DNA from: Podarcis pityusensis
Lineage: Eukaryota
Assembly: GCA_964106645.2 (NCBI GenBank)
Contig: OZ067041.1
Strand: one strand, 5' to 3'
DNA: 64,000 nucleotides
Each line of letters begins with the position of its first letter. Position 1 is the first letter of the stretch. A program made the position numbers and the translations under genes. The notes under the pieces are model-generated. The model did no database searches, was not told the origin of the DNA, and saw only the letters and a list, made by a program, of their open reading frames with translations. This document shows, one piece after another, positions 1-12,569 of this stretch.

Positions 1-694
1 CCTCCATATACATATACTGAGATGAGATTTCATAGGAAAGCTGGAAAAAGACTTTGTGGTTAACCTTTTTTAAAAAGGGGGGAGGAATAACCCAGTGGTT
101 TGATGTTTTCCATTATCTTCTAACAAGAGAGAAATAATAAACTTTCTTTTTTTAAAAAAAATCAACATTCAGTGAAGTAAACAAATCTTCTCTTTCGGTG
201 GTACAAAAGCATATGTGGCCTTGTTTGCTATTTAATCTCAGCGAATTCACTGTCAAGTTTTTTTCCCTCCCCCTCCTCATCTTGCTGCAGGGAAATAAGA
301 AGTGGGAAGAATAGAAAAATATAAGAAACAGGAAAGGATAAAGTGATAGGATTAGAGTTGTGTGTCAGCTGGGCAAGAAACTGTTTAGATTTGGTGGGAA
401 GCATTCTTGCTTGTAGTTGAATCAATTAAAATCATGAGCGCAGTTACTGGCAGAATTTACAACTTTTTATAAACCCCTTTTAAGGGAAGTTACCTTTTAG
501 CCACATTATCAGAAAGAAATGAGTCCTGTCTGTATAGATAAGATTATTTTTACATACTCAGTCATTGTACCTGCTGTACACCTGGACCCTGGTCTGGTTC
601 ATATGTTGCTAAAAGGGCAGGCCATTTTTAATTTCATTTAGCATGGAGACTCTTTCTCCTTGCTGCTGTTGCTGCTCTGGTGAGTGCTGGGTGG

Positions 695-3396
695 ACCGCT
701 CCCTCTGTCCTTGCCGCTGCTTGCCCACCAGGTTTCTCTTACGCACAGCAACCCAGGTCATGTGGACGGGGAGGGGGGGTTGCAGTGATTTTTAGGAAGT
801 CATTAGTCTGCACCAGGCGTCCTATTGGGAAGACCCAGTTTTCTGAGTGCATGTTCTGGAAGTTGGGCAATAGGGGCAGTACAGGATTCCTTTTGGTGTA
901 CTGACCTCCCCGCTGCACCAAGGATTCCCTGCCTGAGCTGCTTCAGGTCGTGGCGGACATGCTCCTGGAGACACCTAGCTTGGTTGTCCTGGGGGATTTT
1001 AACATCCATGCCAACACGACCTTACAAGGGGCCGCTCGGGACTTCGTGGAAAGCATGGCCTCCATGGGGCTGTCCCTGAATAAGTTTGGCCCAACTCATA
1101 GCCGCGGACATGCCTTAGACTTGGTGTTTACCTCTATGGATGTTGGTGATCTGACACTAACTAAAAGCGAAACAAAAGAAGTGCCATGGTCAGATCACTT
1201 CCTGGTTCAACTGGACTTCTCCGCAACCCTTCCCCTCTGCAGGCAGGTGGGACCGATTCGGATGGTCCGCCCCCGCCACTTAATGGATCCAATTGGCTTC
1301 CAGAGAGTGGTAGGGGATGTTTTATCCCAAGCTGATGGCCTTTCAGCTGATTCCCTGGTGGCACGCTGGAATGCGGAGTTAACCAGGGCTATTGACTGTC
1401 TGGCTCCGAAGCGCCCTCTCCGATTGCATGGAGCCTGGACAGCCCCGTGGTTTCCCCCGGAGCTGAGGGCGATGAAACAATCGTTGAGACGGCTAGAAAC
1501 TAATTGTGAATCAGACCGGACACGGGCTAGAGCTCAACGTCGAGCCTACCAAGTGGCAATGGCGACGGCGAAGAGGGCCTTCTTCGCCGCCTCCATTGCA
1601 TCTGCAGAAAACAGCAGCAGGAGACTTTTTCATGTGGTTCGCAATCTATCGGAACCACCTGTACCATCGGGGCCTGGTAGGGACCCCAAGATCTCCTGCA
1701 ATGCTTTTGCAAAGTTTTTTGCAGATAAAGTCGCTCAGATTCAGAAGGAGGTAGACTTCACCGTGGGAGCAGGGCCAGGGTTGGAGAGTGCTAGAGTTCT
1801 GTCTGGTCCTGTTACATGGGATCAATTCCAATCTGTTACCTCCGAGGATGTGGACAGGCTGCTTGGACAAGTGAAACTGACCACCTGTCTCCTTGATCCT
1901 TGTCCATCCTGGCTGATAAAAGCGAGCCGGGAAGGGCTGGGCGATGGGCTCTGCGGGGTGGTGAATGCTTCCCTCTGTGAGGGAGCCTTCACAGACCCGC
2001 TGAAAGAGGCGGTCATTAAACCGCTTCTTAAAAAAAATCTTTAGACCCAGCCAATTTGGCCAACTGTCGCCCAGTCTCAAAACTACCATTCTTGGGCAAG
2101 GTGATTGAGCGGGTGGTTGCTGAACAACTCCAAGCACGCCTGGAGGATGCGGACCATTTGGATCCCTTCCAATCGGGATTCAGGCCTCACCATGGGACTG
2201 AAACTTCCTTGGTCGCGCTGGTTGATGATCTCCGGCGGGCTAGGGACAAAGGTGAGAGCTGTTTCCTAGTTCTGCTGGATCTCTCAGCGGCCTTTGACAC
2301 CATTGACCATAACATCCTTCTGGACTGTCTAGAGGGGCTGGGAGCTGGGGGCACTGTTATACGGTGGTTCCGCTCCTTTCTCCTGGGCCGTGTCCAGAAA
2401 GTGGTGGTGGGGGGGAGTGAGTATTCAGACCCTTGGGCTCTCACTTGTGGGGTGCCTCAGGGTTCCGTCCTCTCCCCCATGCTTTTTAATATCTATATGA
2501 AGCCACTGTGAGAGATCATCTGGGGGTTTGGACTGGGTGTTCATCAGTATGCAGATGACACCCAGCTCTACCTCTCCTTTAAATCAGAACCAGTGAAGGT
2601 GGTGAAGGTCCTGTGTGAGTGCCTGGAGGCGGTTGGAGGATGGATGGCGGCTAACAGATTGAGGTTGAATCCTGACAAGACAGAAGTACTGTTTTTGGGG
2701 GACAGGGAGCGGATGGGTGTGGGGGATTTCCTGGTCCTGAATGGGGTAACTGTGCCCCTGAAGGACCAGGTGCGCAGCCTGGGAGTCATTTTGGACTCAC
2801 AGCTGTCCATGGAGGCGCAGGTTAGTTCTGTGTCCAGGGCAGCTGTCTACCAGCTCCACCTGGTACGCAGGCTAAGACCCTACCTGCCCGCGAACTGTCT
2901 CGCCAGAATGGTGCATGCTCTAGTTATCTCCCGCTTGGACTACTGCAATGCGCTCTACGTGGGGCTACCTTTGAAGGTGACCCGGAAACTGCAATTAATC
3001 CAGAATGCGGCAGCTAGACTGGTGACTGGGAGTGGCCGCCGGGACCACATAACACCAGTTCTGAGAGATCTGCATTGGCTCCCAGTACGTTTCCGAGCAC
3101 GATTCAACATGTTGGTGCTGACCTTTAAAGCCCTAAACGGCCTCGGTCCTGTATACCTGAAGGAGCATCTCCACCCCCATCGTTCAGCCCGGACACTGAG
3201 ATCCAGCGCCAAGGGCCTTCTGGCAGTCCCCTCATTGCGAGAAGTGAGGCTACAGGGAACCAGGCAGAGGGCCTTCTCGGTAGTGGCGCCCGCCCTGTGG
3301 AACACCCTCCCATCAGATGTCAAAGAGATAAACAACTACCTGACATTCAGAAGACATCTTAAGGCAGCCCTGTTCAGGGAAGTTTTTAATATGTAA
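695..3396 (+). pseudogene. Disrupted L2 ORF2 (endonuclease-reverse transcriptase)
   Basis: ORFs 680-904 and 950-2044 share one frame, split by TGA at 902-904 within Y-R-P-P. A frameshift falls in the A-run at ~2030-2040. ORFs 2056-2511 and 2593-3396 share a frame, split by TGA at 2509-2511. Confidence 0.9.
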
Positions 3397-3480
3397 CGCT
3401 GTACTGTTTTTAACACTTGATTGGGAGCCGCCCAGAGTGGCTGGGGAAACTCAGCCAGATGGGCGGGGTATAAATAATAA

Positions 3481-3516
<36 letters not shown>

Positions 3517-3517
3517 T
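695..3517 (+). mobile_element. L2-clade LINE, 5'-truncated, with 3' UTR and (ATT)n tail
   Basis: APE endonuclease motifs (VVLGDFNIH, GHALDLVF, WSDHFLV), RT motifs (DPFQSGFRP, LLDLSAAFDT, GVPQGSVLSP, HQYADDTQL) and an L2-type C-terminus (LHWLPVRFR, RAFSVVAPALWN). Ends GGGCGGGGTATAAATAATAA(ATT)n. The 5' boundary is approximate. Confidence 0.93.
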
Positions 3518-3574
3518 CCTTTTGGACAGGTTGCACCATCCTAAATGAATCTATGCTTCATGTAGATGTTTCTG

Positions 3575-3875
3575 AGTGACATGGATTCCCTACACTACAG
3601 CCATTCCAATCTGGCTTGAGACCTGGATATAGCTTTTGGACTTGGCCACCCTGATTGATTTCCTTTATAGGGAGAGAGATAGAAGGGGGGTTTATTGTCC
3701 TTGACCTCTCTGCAGCTTTTGACACCATGTTACCCTCCTGGTGTGACTGTGAGTTGGGTGTTGCGTTGGAGTGGTTCTTGTTACCACATAATAGCACTGG
3801 GAAACTCTCGTTTGGCCCCATGTCATTTATGAGGTTGGGTCCTGCAGGGTTCAGTTTTCTCTCCCGATTCAGTTT

Positions 3876-3921
<46 letters not shown>

Positions 3922-4070
3922 TGAAATCACGGATAGGTTTGGAGGACAGGGCCATCAGTATGCTGATGACACCTAGCTCTGTCTCTCCATTCAGTCTGAA
4001 TGAGAAGATGCTGTGCAAGTACTTCACCATTGATGGTCTGGCTAAAGGCTAATAACCTGAAGCTCACAAG
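3575..4070 (+). mobile_element. Old, degraded L2 RT fragment
   Basis: Remnants of PFQSG, VLDLSAAFDT (~3695-3726) and QYADDT (~3956-3973), interrupted by (TA)n. Confidence 0.75.
3879..3918. repeat. (TA)n microsatellite
   Basis: Seen directly. Confidence 0.95.
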
Positions 4071-5063
4071 CTGATGGTTCTGTGGGTTGGCATCCTACAG
4101 CTACTCTAGTATGATTAAAAGGCCCATCTAAAATCTGCCAAACATTTCAGTAAATCAGCTCTGCCTCCTGGTGTACTTGTTCTTCTGTGTGAGTGACAAT
4201 TACAAAGGAAATTTGGGGGAAGGAAAGGGATGCAAGCTTGCAAATTCTATCTACACAAGTATCTGCATAATGTAATGTAGGGGTGTTATATATTTTTTAT
4301 TGCAGAACTATATCTCCCTGTGTTATTGTAGTCACTTTTCAAAATTATTCATTTCAAAGGTAACTCAAGCTGCCCCCACCTCCAAGAATGTAATCAACTT
4401 GGTGCTCCTGCAGGTGTGAAAGAGGTTTTGAACTGTCAATGGAAGAGGAAGTGAGGCAACTTTTGCCCAGTTTCACTTTCCCTTGCACCACCTTCCATGC
4501 TTTTCTGGAACTCTCTGGAACTTATTTTAGAGTTGCCAGGGGCTTCAAATACTAATACACAGCACTGAAACTGCTTTGCAACCTGATATACATCGAAATC
4601 ATTTAGCATTCTACTTTGTATTTTGTTGATGTTAGAAGCATCTGGTGGAAAAAATGGGGTATAAACTAAAGAAAACAACACTGGGTTTTGTTGTAGGATA
4701 AGCTGATACTGTGAAAAGCAAAGGTGGCATAGAATAGACATTAATTTATCTTAGTTTCTCAGCATAGGGTAGGCATGTGTACATTGTTTACAAGCTACAG
4801 GCACAGCTGATCTGGTGCTTGTCCAGGGATCCACAAATTTTGGCTGGTCTTCATAGCTAGCTGTTAATTGTGGCTGCTCCCATCTCTACCTCTTCCCTGA
4901 ATACTCTGGTATGTGTACAGGATGTGTCCCTTTGTGAAGGGAGGGGTCAGCTTTGCAGAAAACTCAGAAACAGCAATATTTTCTACCCTCATTGAGTGCT
5001 GCAGCCTCCCCCTCCATAATTGATAGGTGGCAATTAGGCTAACCAACTAATTGGTTTTTTTCT

Positions 5064-5481
5064 TTGTTGTTGTTTAGTCGTTTAGTCGTGTCCGACTCTT
5101 TGTGACCCCATGGACCAGAGCACGCCAGGCACTCCTGTCTTCCACTGCCTCCCACAGTTTGGTCAAACTCATGCTGGTAGCTTCGAGAACACTATCCAAC
5201 CATCTCGTCCTCTGTCGTCCCCTTCTCCTTGTGCCCTCCATCTTTCCCAACATCAGGGTCTTTTCCAGGGAGTCTTCTCTTCTCATGAGGTGGCCAAAGT
5301 ATTGGAGCCTCAGCTTCACGATCTGTCCTTCCAGTGAGCACTCAGGGCTGATTTCCTTAAGAATGGATAGGTTTGATCTTCTTGCAGTCCATGGGCCTCT
5401 CAAGAGTCTCCTCCAGCACCATAATTCAAAAGCATCAATTCTTCGGCGATCAGCCTTCTTTATGGTCCAGCTCTCACTTCC
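5064..5481 (-). mobile_element. BovB (RTE clade) LINE 3' fragment
   Basis: ORF 5074-5403 (LRLQYFGHLMRREDSLEKTLMLGK...GVTKSRTRLND), (CAA)n tail, 11-bp TSD GGTTTTTTTCT at 5053-5063 and 5482-5492. Confidence 0.93.
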
Positions 5482-6633
5482 GGTTTTTTTCTAGGAGACA
5501 GAAATGGAAAAAAGAGAGAGCAAAGGAAGGAAGGAGTGAAGAGGAGGAGAAAGAGAAAAGTATATTGGTGGGGAATTAGAAAAGGGGTGGCTCTGCTCAC
5601 TGGTAGTTTTGGCCTGTTGATAGCCAACTCCATCCCTGCCTACTCCTGATTTTTCACCCCTGTAAAAAGATTACATCCAAGGGCCTTCTGCCCTAAACAT
5701 AAAAAAGGTTCCCTTATATACTCAGTACAACCCTGTGCTTCAGGTAAATCAATATATGATTGTAATCCTGTTTCTTTCTGGGGGGGGGGAGGGGAGGGAA
5801 CCCAGTGCAATTGAAGCATGCATTGGAATGAAATATTCAGATACAGTGCTTACATTTCTAAATACCATTAGCCACTTTGAAGCAGGAAATTCTTTTCAAC
5901 GCATATGTATAACAAGCGCTTTCCTGCTTCACGCAATTAAAAAATGTATGCCATTTTTTTGGGGGGGGATAGGTATTAATTGTGATGCGGCTTTGAATGA
6001 AAGAAAGAAAGGAAATTGCTAAGTATGGGGAGTTATTTCTGTCACTGAATACGCCTTAAGTGAATGAATGACTAGCGCGGCAGTTTTTTCTGGCAGCTGG
6101 AATTTCAAAAGAAATTGAGGGGAAGAAAGGTTAGCGATTAGAAAAGAAAGGCCTGACCTCTATTCCAGACTTAAGTAAAAAAGTATGAGAAATACTCCCC
6201 TGAACTGCCAAAGCCACCTGTGGATTAGCGGCAGTGGTAGCAGTTAAGCTGTCATTCACCAAAATGGAGGGAAGGCAAGAAAGGTGGCTGTTTGCTTCAA
6301 ACGTCTTTGGGAGAGGAGGAGGAGGATTTCCATGACAACACATAGCTCAAAAGCATGCAAGCCTCGCAGCCAACTGTAACCAAATAAAATAAAAATGCCT
6401 GTTTCTGGAATTCTTGTCAATCTTGGTGGGTTGGGTTTTTCAGCTCAGATACTGAAATTTTCCTGTTACAAGCAAGAAGTGTAGTGGAAGATATTACAAA
6501 GTATAGCCAAGCCATCATTTCCAGCCTCGTTTGATCCAGTGTTTAGACAGTATGGCTTAATCCAGGCGTCATGGAAGGTCAGTCTCAACAAAAACAGGAG
6601 CATGCTGTAGACTCATGTGTGTTATCCTCTAAT

Positions 6634-6990
6634 AAAGGTAAAGGTAAAGGGACCCCTGACCATTAGGTCCAGTCGTGACCGACTCTGGGGTTGCAGCGCT
6701 CATCTCGCTTTATTGGCCAAAGGAGCTGGTGTATAGCTTCCGGGTCATGTGGCCAGCATGACTAAGCCGCTTCTGGCAAACCAGAGCAGCACATGGAAAT
6801 GCCGTTTACCTTCCCGCCAGAGTGGTACCTATTTATCTACTTGCACTATGACGTGCTTTCGAACTGCTAGGTTGGCAGGAGCAGGGACCGAGGAACGGGA
6901 GCTCACCCCATTGCGGGGATTCGAACCACCGACCTTCTGATCGGCAAGTCCTAGGCTTTGTGGTTTAACCCACAGCGCCACCCGCGTCCC
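6634..6990 (-). mobile_element. Sauria (Squam1) SINE, full length
   Basis: tRNA-like head with B box (GGTTCGAATCC), (ACCTTT)n tail, flanking duplication CCTCTAATA at 6626-6634 and 6997-7005. Confidence 0.92.
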
Positions 6991-7720
6991 TATAACCCTC
7001 TAATACATGTGTGCTTTTTGTAAAGTTCAATGCTGCCAATAACTTCTTTACCATGTGTTGTATAAAACCAAATTCAGAAATGTATCCCATCTCCCTTGCA
7101 ATACAATAATGGGAGTATCTATTATTATAGAAGTCTCCATTGTTCAAGGAAAAGTCACGGCTGATTCCAACCTTCCTCCAAGCTTTGTACCCTTCAGCAG
7201 AGCCATTAGGTGCACTGAGGTGATGGCCACTGCTGAAGAAGTGGTGATGGGTAGAAGGTGGCCATTGTGGCTCTGGACTCTTGCTGCTGCCACAGCAGCA
7301 AAGAGAGGTGGTGGCAGCTGGACCCCAGCTTAGGATGGGGGAAGGCAGCATCTTCGCATTTTCTGTCAGGGGGGAAATGGGACGGGCTGCCCCTGCTCTT
7401 CAGATGTTGCACACTGCAATAGGAGTCGCTTGCTCAGTGTGGCAGAGTCACAGCGGTAAACTCCTAGCAGCAGCAATGCCGCCACTTACTGGGAAGGCAA
7501 GGGGCAAGATTGTGGTGGGATTGGGGCTACATGGTGCATGGGTAGAACCAATTCAATCTTTCCACTGGCATGTTGTACAGACATAATATTGCTGCAACCT
7601 CACCCCTCCTCTTCCCTGCCAAGAGACTTTGGAGTCATCTGCTGGACCTACCACTACTGGGCTACAACTCCCATCATCCCTGGCCATTGGCCACCTTGAC
7701 TGGGGCTGATAGAAGGTGGA

Positions 7721-7860
7721 ATCGTAGAATTGTAGGGTTGGAAGGGACCGTATGGATCATCTAGTTCAACACCTGCAATGCAAAAATAGTCACACGAGGA
7801 GGATCAAACCTGCAACCTTGGTGTTATCAGCACCATGTTCTTACCAGCTGAGCTATCCCG
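7721..7860 (-). mobile_element. Short tRNA(Ile)-like SINE with CR1-type 3' end (Squam3-like)
   Basis: Minus strand reads GGGATAGCTCAGCTGGTAAGAACATGGTGCTGATAACACCAAGGTTGCAGGTTTGATCC followed by a CR1-like tail ...GGTCCCTTCCAACCCTACAATTCTACGAT. Confidence 0.75.
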
Positions 7861-9057
7861 GTACATACCAATAATATTTGAAGGGTGCCAGACTAGAGAA
7901 GGCTTGCTTATTCACTCTTTACCTCTAGGATCCATACTCTTATTTTCTTCTCATGGCCTTGGATATGCTAACTAGGGGGAGATAGAAAGGGAGAGAGATC
8001 CACATGATCACTCTGTTCATTCACTTACCAGCTGCTCATGCTCCCACACTGTATATTGACATTTTTCCTCCTCTCTTGTCTCCTTCCTTTTGGATTAAAT
8101 TTATCTGGTTTAGCTAGCCAAGGTGCTCATTGTTTGTTGAAATACCATTTTCATTAAATAGCAAGTCTGGGAGCAGTCTGTTCAGCTTGACATTGGTAGA
8201 TGCTTCCCAGATTTTACGGTATACAGATAAGAATTAGGCCACACATACCCCTAATGCCGGAATCTGTTTTGAGCACAAATGCAAGTTACATTTCTGTGCA
8301 TTTTCTTCTTCTTTTCTCTTAGGGTGTATTGCGGATTTCTGTTTTCTTTTCTTTAGAAAGCATCCTTACAAAAACTTGCAATGATTTATATTTTCGTTTC
8401 TTTGAAAGGACACTGGTTCCGTTTTTATAATATCTAGATGGCCATCAAGCATGGGGATATTTCTCATATAAATTATTCTGTAATGTCATAGCACAGCACA
8501 GAGAATAGCACTCCCATATCTTAACAACGCCTCGTCTTTTAATGTACAGGGTAATAAAAAGTGGAAAGATACTGCTATGCATCCTTGGATTTAGTAACTT
8601 GCCTTAGGGCAGTGAAAGTTTTTTTCCCTGGGAGAACAGAACAATTCCGCCTCCCCCTTAAATCATTTTGTGACAGATAAATATATGCAGGTTGATGCAC
8701 CAATAATTTTTTTCCCCTTTTGATATTTATCTGTAAAGTAATTATAGCAGCTGCACAAAGCAAAATGACTGCAAATAATGCCGTGTGAAGCCTCCATTTA
8801 CTGTTTGATGTCTCTTATATATAATTGAGTTTTCATTTTTCTACATTTCAAATTAAACATTTACAAACTTTAAAATATCCAATAACTTCCCTTCTTCTCC
8901 TTCCGGTGTTCATATTACATATCATACTTTCCTGCATATTCTACTGTAACCATTCAAATCAATTTTCCACTTTTACATCAATCCAATATTGTTTACTCTG
9001 TTGAATTTATCTTAATGCTGCCAGAGTTTTCAGCTGTGTACAATTACTTTTCATATA

Positions 9058-9299
9058 CAGTGGTACCTCGGTTTCCGAACGTCTCCGTTGACGAACATTT
9101 CGGTTTTCGAACACTGTAAACCTGGAAGTAAATGCTTCTGTTTTTAAACATGCCTTGGAAGTTGAACATGCCACGCAGCTTCCGCTAAGTGCAAGATCCT
9201 GAGGCCTAGCTGTCAGCTATCGAGTTTTTGGTTTTTGAATGTTTCAGAACTCGAACGGTCTTGCGGAATGGATTACATTCAAAAACCGAGGTACCACTG
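9058..9299. mobile_element. Tc1/mariner-pogo (Tigger-like) MITE, family B
   Basis: TA|CAGTGGTACCTCGGTTT ... AAACCGAGGTACCACTG|TA terminal inverted repeats with TA duplication. Confidence 0.9.
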
Positions 9300-9626
9300 T
9301 ATTTGATAAATATTTTCCACTCTTCTTTAAATATACGTTCTTCTTGCTGTCTTATTCTCAGTGTTAAACCTGCAAGTTCTGCATATTCTAACATCTTAAG
9401 TTGCCAATCCTCATTACAACAAAAAGGACTGGGTTTTTATTGGGGGGGAGACATTTTTTTCAACTCATTATAAATCATTCCCCAATATTATTTCACCTTT
9501 CTACATGTCCACCACATATGAAAAAAGTTCCTCCCATTTCTTTACATTTCCACCATGTATCTGATTCTGCTTCATACATCTTAGCCAGTCTACTGGGAGT
9601 TAAATACCAACTATGAATCATTTTGT

Positions 9627-9983
9627 GGGACGCGGGTGGCACTGTGGGTTAAACCACAGAGCCTAGGACTTGCCGATCAGAAGGTCGGCGGTTTGAATCC
9701 CCGTGACGGGGTGCGCTCCCGTTGCTCGGTCCCTGCTCCTGCCAACCTAGCAGTTCGAAAGCACGTCAAAGTGCAAGTAGATAAATAGGTACCGCTGCAG
9801 CGGGAAGGTAAACGGCGTTTCCGTGCGCTGCTCTGGTTCGCCAGAAGCGGCTTAGTCATGCTGGACACATGACCCGGAGGCTGTACGCCGGCTCCCTCAG
9901 CCAATAAAGCAAGATGAGCGCCGCAACCCCAGAGTCGGCCACGACTGGACCTAATGGTCATGGGTCCCTTTACCTTTACCTTT
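9627..9983 (+). mobile_element. Sauria SINE, full length, inside L1
   Basis: GGGACGCGGGTGGC start, (ACCTTT)n tail, 14-bp TSD TATGAATCATTTTG at 9612-9625 and 9984-9997. Confidence 0.94.
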
Positions 9984-10394
9984 TATGAATCATTTTGAAG
10001 TAGTTCTCTTTCAGAGAATAACACACAGTAAATTTCAAATCACTTCTCCAGAGTTTCAGGTCTATATTATGTCCTATATCTATTGCCCACTGTGTCACTG
10101 GTGCTTTAACTAGCTCATCTTTTGTTTCCCAGTCTAATAATGTCCTATATTTTAACCGTCTAATAATGTCTTATATTTTAACTCTCGTTTTGGCTTGCGG
10201 CACATTTCAGTACCTAACAAAGCCCGGCATTTAGATTTTCCACAGAACATTGCCTATATTAACCATCACTTGCTTGATTCGGACCATCAACCGGGATCAA
10301 GTGTTAGCACTGATCCATCATCCCTCCCCTCTCTTCCCTTCCCCCAAGAGCAGGCTGACCCCAGCACAAAGATCCTGGTTTGTGTAACTTAGAG

Positions 10395-10514
10395 CAGGGG
10401 CAGCCAATGTGGTGCCTTTCAGATCAGCTTCAGCTTCAGCCACTATGGCCATTGATCAGAAATTATCACAGTTATAGTCCAAAACATATGGCAGGCACCA
10501 TGTTGGCTACCCTG
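10395..10514. mobile_element. Short hAT-like MITE
   Basis: Imperfect TIRs CAGGGGCAGCCAATGTGGTGCCT ... AGGCACCATGTTGGCTACCCTG; degenerate 8-bp flanks. Confidence 0.6.
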
Positions 10515-10534
10515 ACCTAGGATTTCATGTTGCA

Positions 10535-10665
10535 TCTGAACCAAGGAACACTGGTTTAATATTAGTTAGCAGACTGTTGGTTAACAAACCAGGAAAATCA
10601 CATCATGTTTTATCTTATGTTTCTGGTTTCTTAACCAACATCAAACCAGAGTTCTTTGGTTTGGA
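10535..10665. repeat. Long imperfect palindrome (hairpin-type MITE remnant)
   Basis: Inner arms 10575-10594 and 10621-10640 match 18/20; outer arms 10535-10557 and 10643-10665 match 19/23. Confidence 0.75.
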
Positions 10666-12216
10666 TTTAAACGGATGCTGTAGCTTAGTATTTCAGCAAC
10701 TTTGTGCAGAAGCTGGCATGCGATGGGAGGGAGAAGAAAGGAGGAGAGCTCGGTCCTGATAATGGTTTTTATTTTATTTATTATGAATTAAATTTCTATA
10801 GGGGAGAGATGGGAAATGAAATGGCATATCCTGGAAGAGGTCATGGCTAGCTGGCTGGAACCTTGGACAGAAATGGTCCACATTGCAAACATTTTGTTGC
10901 AGGTCCAACTTGTAAAGCCCTATTTCTAACAGGGGAAGAATATTCGAGCCTGAGACATAGCCTCAGTCTCATGCCAGGCACCATAATGTAGGATTGTATT
11001 GCCTCAATAGGATTATAGATGGCTAATTGCATAACATCTAATTTATCGAGACACATACAGTATATTAATCAGCAGGGATATTGCAGATTAATATTTGTGG
11101 CTATCAAAACTGGAGAGAAGCTTTTCCTTTCCATTCTTTAGCCAATATGCTGCTGTGCTTTTCCTCTTTGTGATTAACCCTCGCTATGGATTAAAAAATA
11201 ATGGTTTCTAATTCAGTGAATAAACACAGTCATATTTGTGGCTAGGATACTTGATTTCACAATCAAGCATTAAGCTTAAACAATGCTATGAAAAATGTAA
11301 TTTAAAAATGCTTAGATAAATGGTGTAATATGTGAGCCTTTGGTGCTATTAAAGAAAAACATATTGTTATATATTTAATAATATTTAAGAGAGCCATTGC
11401 TGTTGCAGTTAAGACGATGAATACTTTCATTTTGTTCTGATCCTTTGATGTCCATCAAACCAAATGCTGCAACTAAGAGTGAAAATTAAATTTACCACAA
11501 CTCAAAGCAGCACAAGGCCATGTCTTTAGGAAAAAGCTAATGCACTAATTTTAATATTTGATAAGGAGATTAGGCTGAACAAATTCAAATAAAGCTGCCA
11601 GTTAGTCAAGTGAGATATCAATTCTGATAAGTAAACCAAAAGAACAGTTAAGTGAATAGAGTCCATCTCTGCACTGCCAATTAAACCTGGTCTTCATGTT
11701 ATGAAAGACACATTTAAAAAATCAAAATTGTTCATTGTGTGTCAATCCTTATGTAGCCAAAACCAGTAGGTGAAATAATTCAGTGGCAGACCCTGGTAAT
11801 AGTAGTGCTTTAAAATGGCAAAATTTTGTTCCAGGTCTCACTTGAAGCAGTAGCACAGCCAGAGAGGTGTTATGCGTGGGGCTGGCTTCCCAACACATCA
11901 GGTTGGGAGGGGGAGGGATGGGGTGGGTGGGTTCGGGTTGGTGCAGTCCATGGTGCTGGAGCCAAGCTTCCCATGTCTTGTTGCCCCCTCTCTCAGTTAG
12001 TGGCACCAACTTGTGGTGTTGGGAAGCTGGGAGAGCATTTGAACCCCACCTAAACTGCCTTACCACCCACTACTGACTGCAAGGGGGTTTTATGGTGGCC
12101 ATGAAGCCTCTGGCAGTGGTTGGCTGAGATTCCCTAAAGTTCCTCTTGGAGGGTCTCTGGTTGCTATTGCCTAAGCTGCTTCAGTCCTAGAAAGGACATT
12201 GGGTAGTTAGAAAGGG

Positions 12217-12569
12217 TAAAAGGTAAAGGGACCCCTGACCATTAGGTCCAGTTGTGTCCAACTCTGGGGTTGCGGCGCTCATCTCACTTTATTGGCTGAG
12301 GGAGCTGGTGTACAGCTTCTGGGTCATGTGGCCAGCATGACTAAGCCGCTTCTGGCGAACCAGAGCAGCGCACGGAAACGCCATTTACCTTCCCGCCGGA
12401 GCGGTACCTATTTATCTACTTGTACTTGGACGTGCTTTCGAACTGCTAGGTTGGCAGGAGCAGGGACCGAGCAACGGGAGCTCACCCCATCGCGGGGATT
12501 CGAACCGCTGACCTTCTGATTGGGAAGCCCTAGGCTCTGTGGTTTAACCCACAGCGCCACCCACATCCC
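12217..12569 (-). mobile_element. Sauria SINE
   Basis: Same consensus as the other copies; 13-bp TSD TAGTTAGAAAGGG at 12204-12216 and 12573-12585. Confidence 0.93.

Larger units (their letters stand above)
8825..10182 (-). mobile_element. L1-clade LINE 3' fragment carrying nested insertions
   Basis: Minus-strand translation gives ENYFKMIHSWYLTPSRLAKMY...WKCKEMGGT..HMWWTCRK (zinc-knuckle region) and WQLKMLEYAELA...FKEEWKIFIKY. It is interrupted by a MITE and a SINE. Confidence 0.8.

Noticed and set aside
5102-5494. Recurrent ORFs 'MTPWTRARQ...' and 'MDQSTPGT...'
   Set aside because: Antisense frames of BovB fragments.
6749-6940. Recurrent small ORF 'MTKPLLANQSS...FRTARLAGAG' (also at 9677, 12292, 20540, 38726, 46884, 56716)
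   Set aside because: These are antisense translations of Sauria SINE copies, not a gene family.
7790-7860. tRNA-Ile-like sequence
   Set aside because: Degenerate and fused to a CR1-type tail, so it is a SINE head rather than a tRNA gene.
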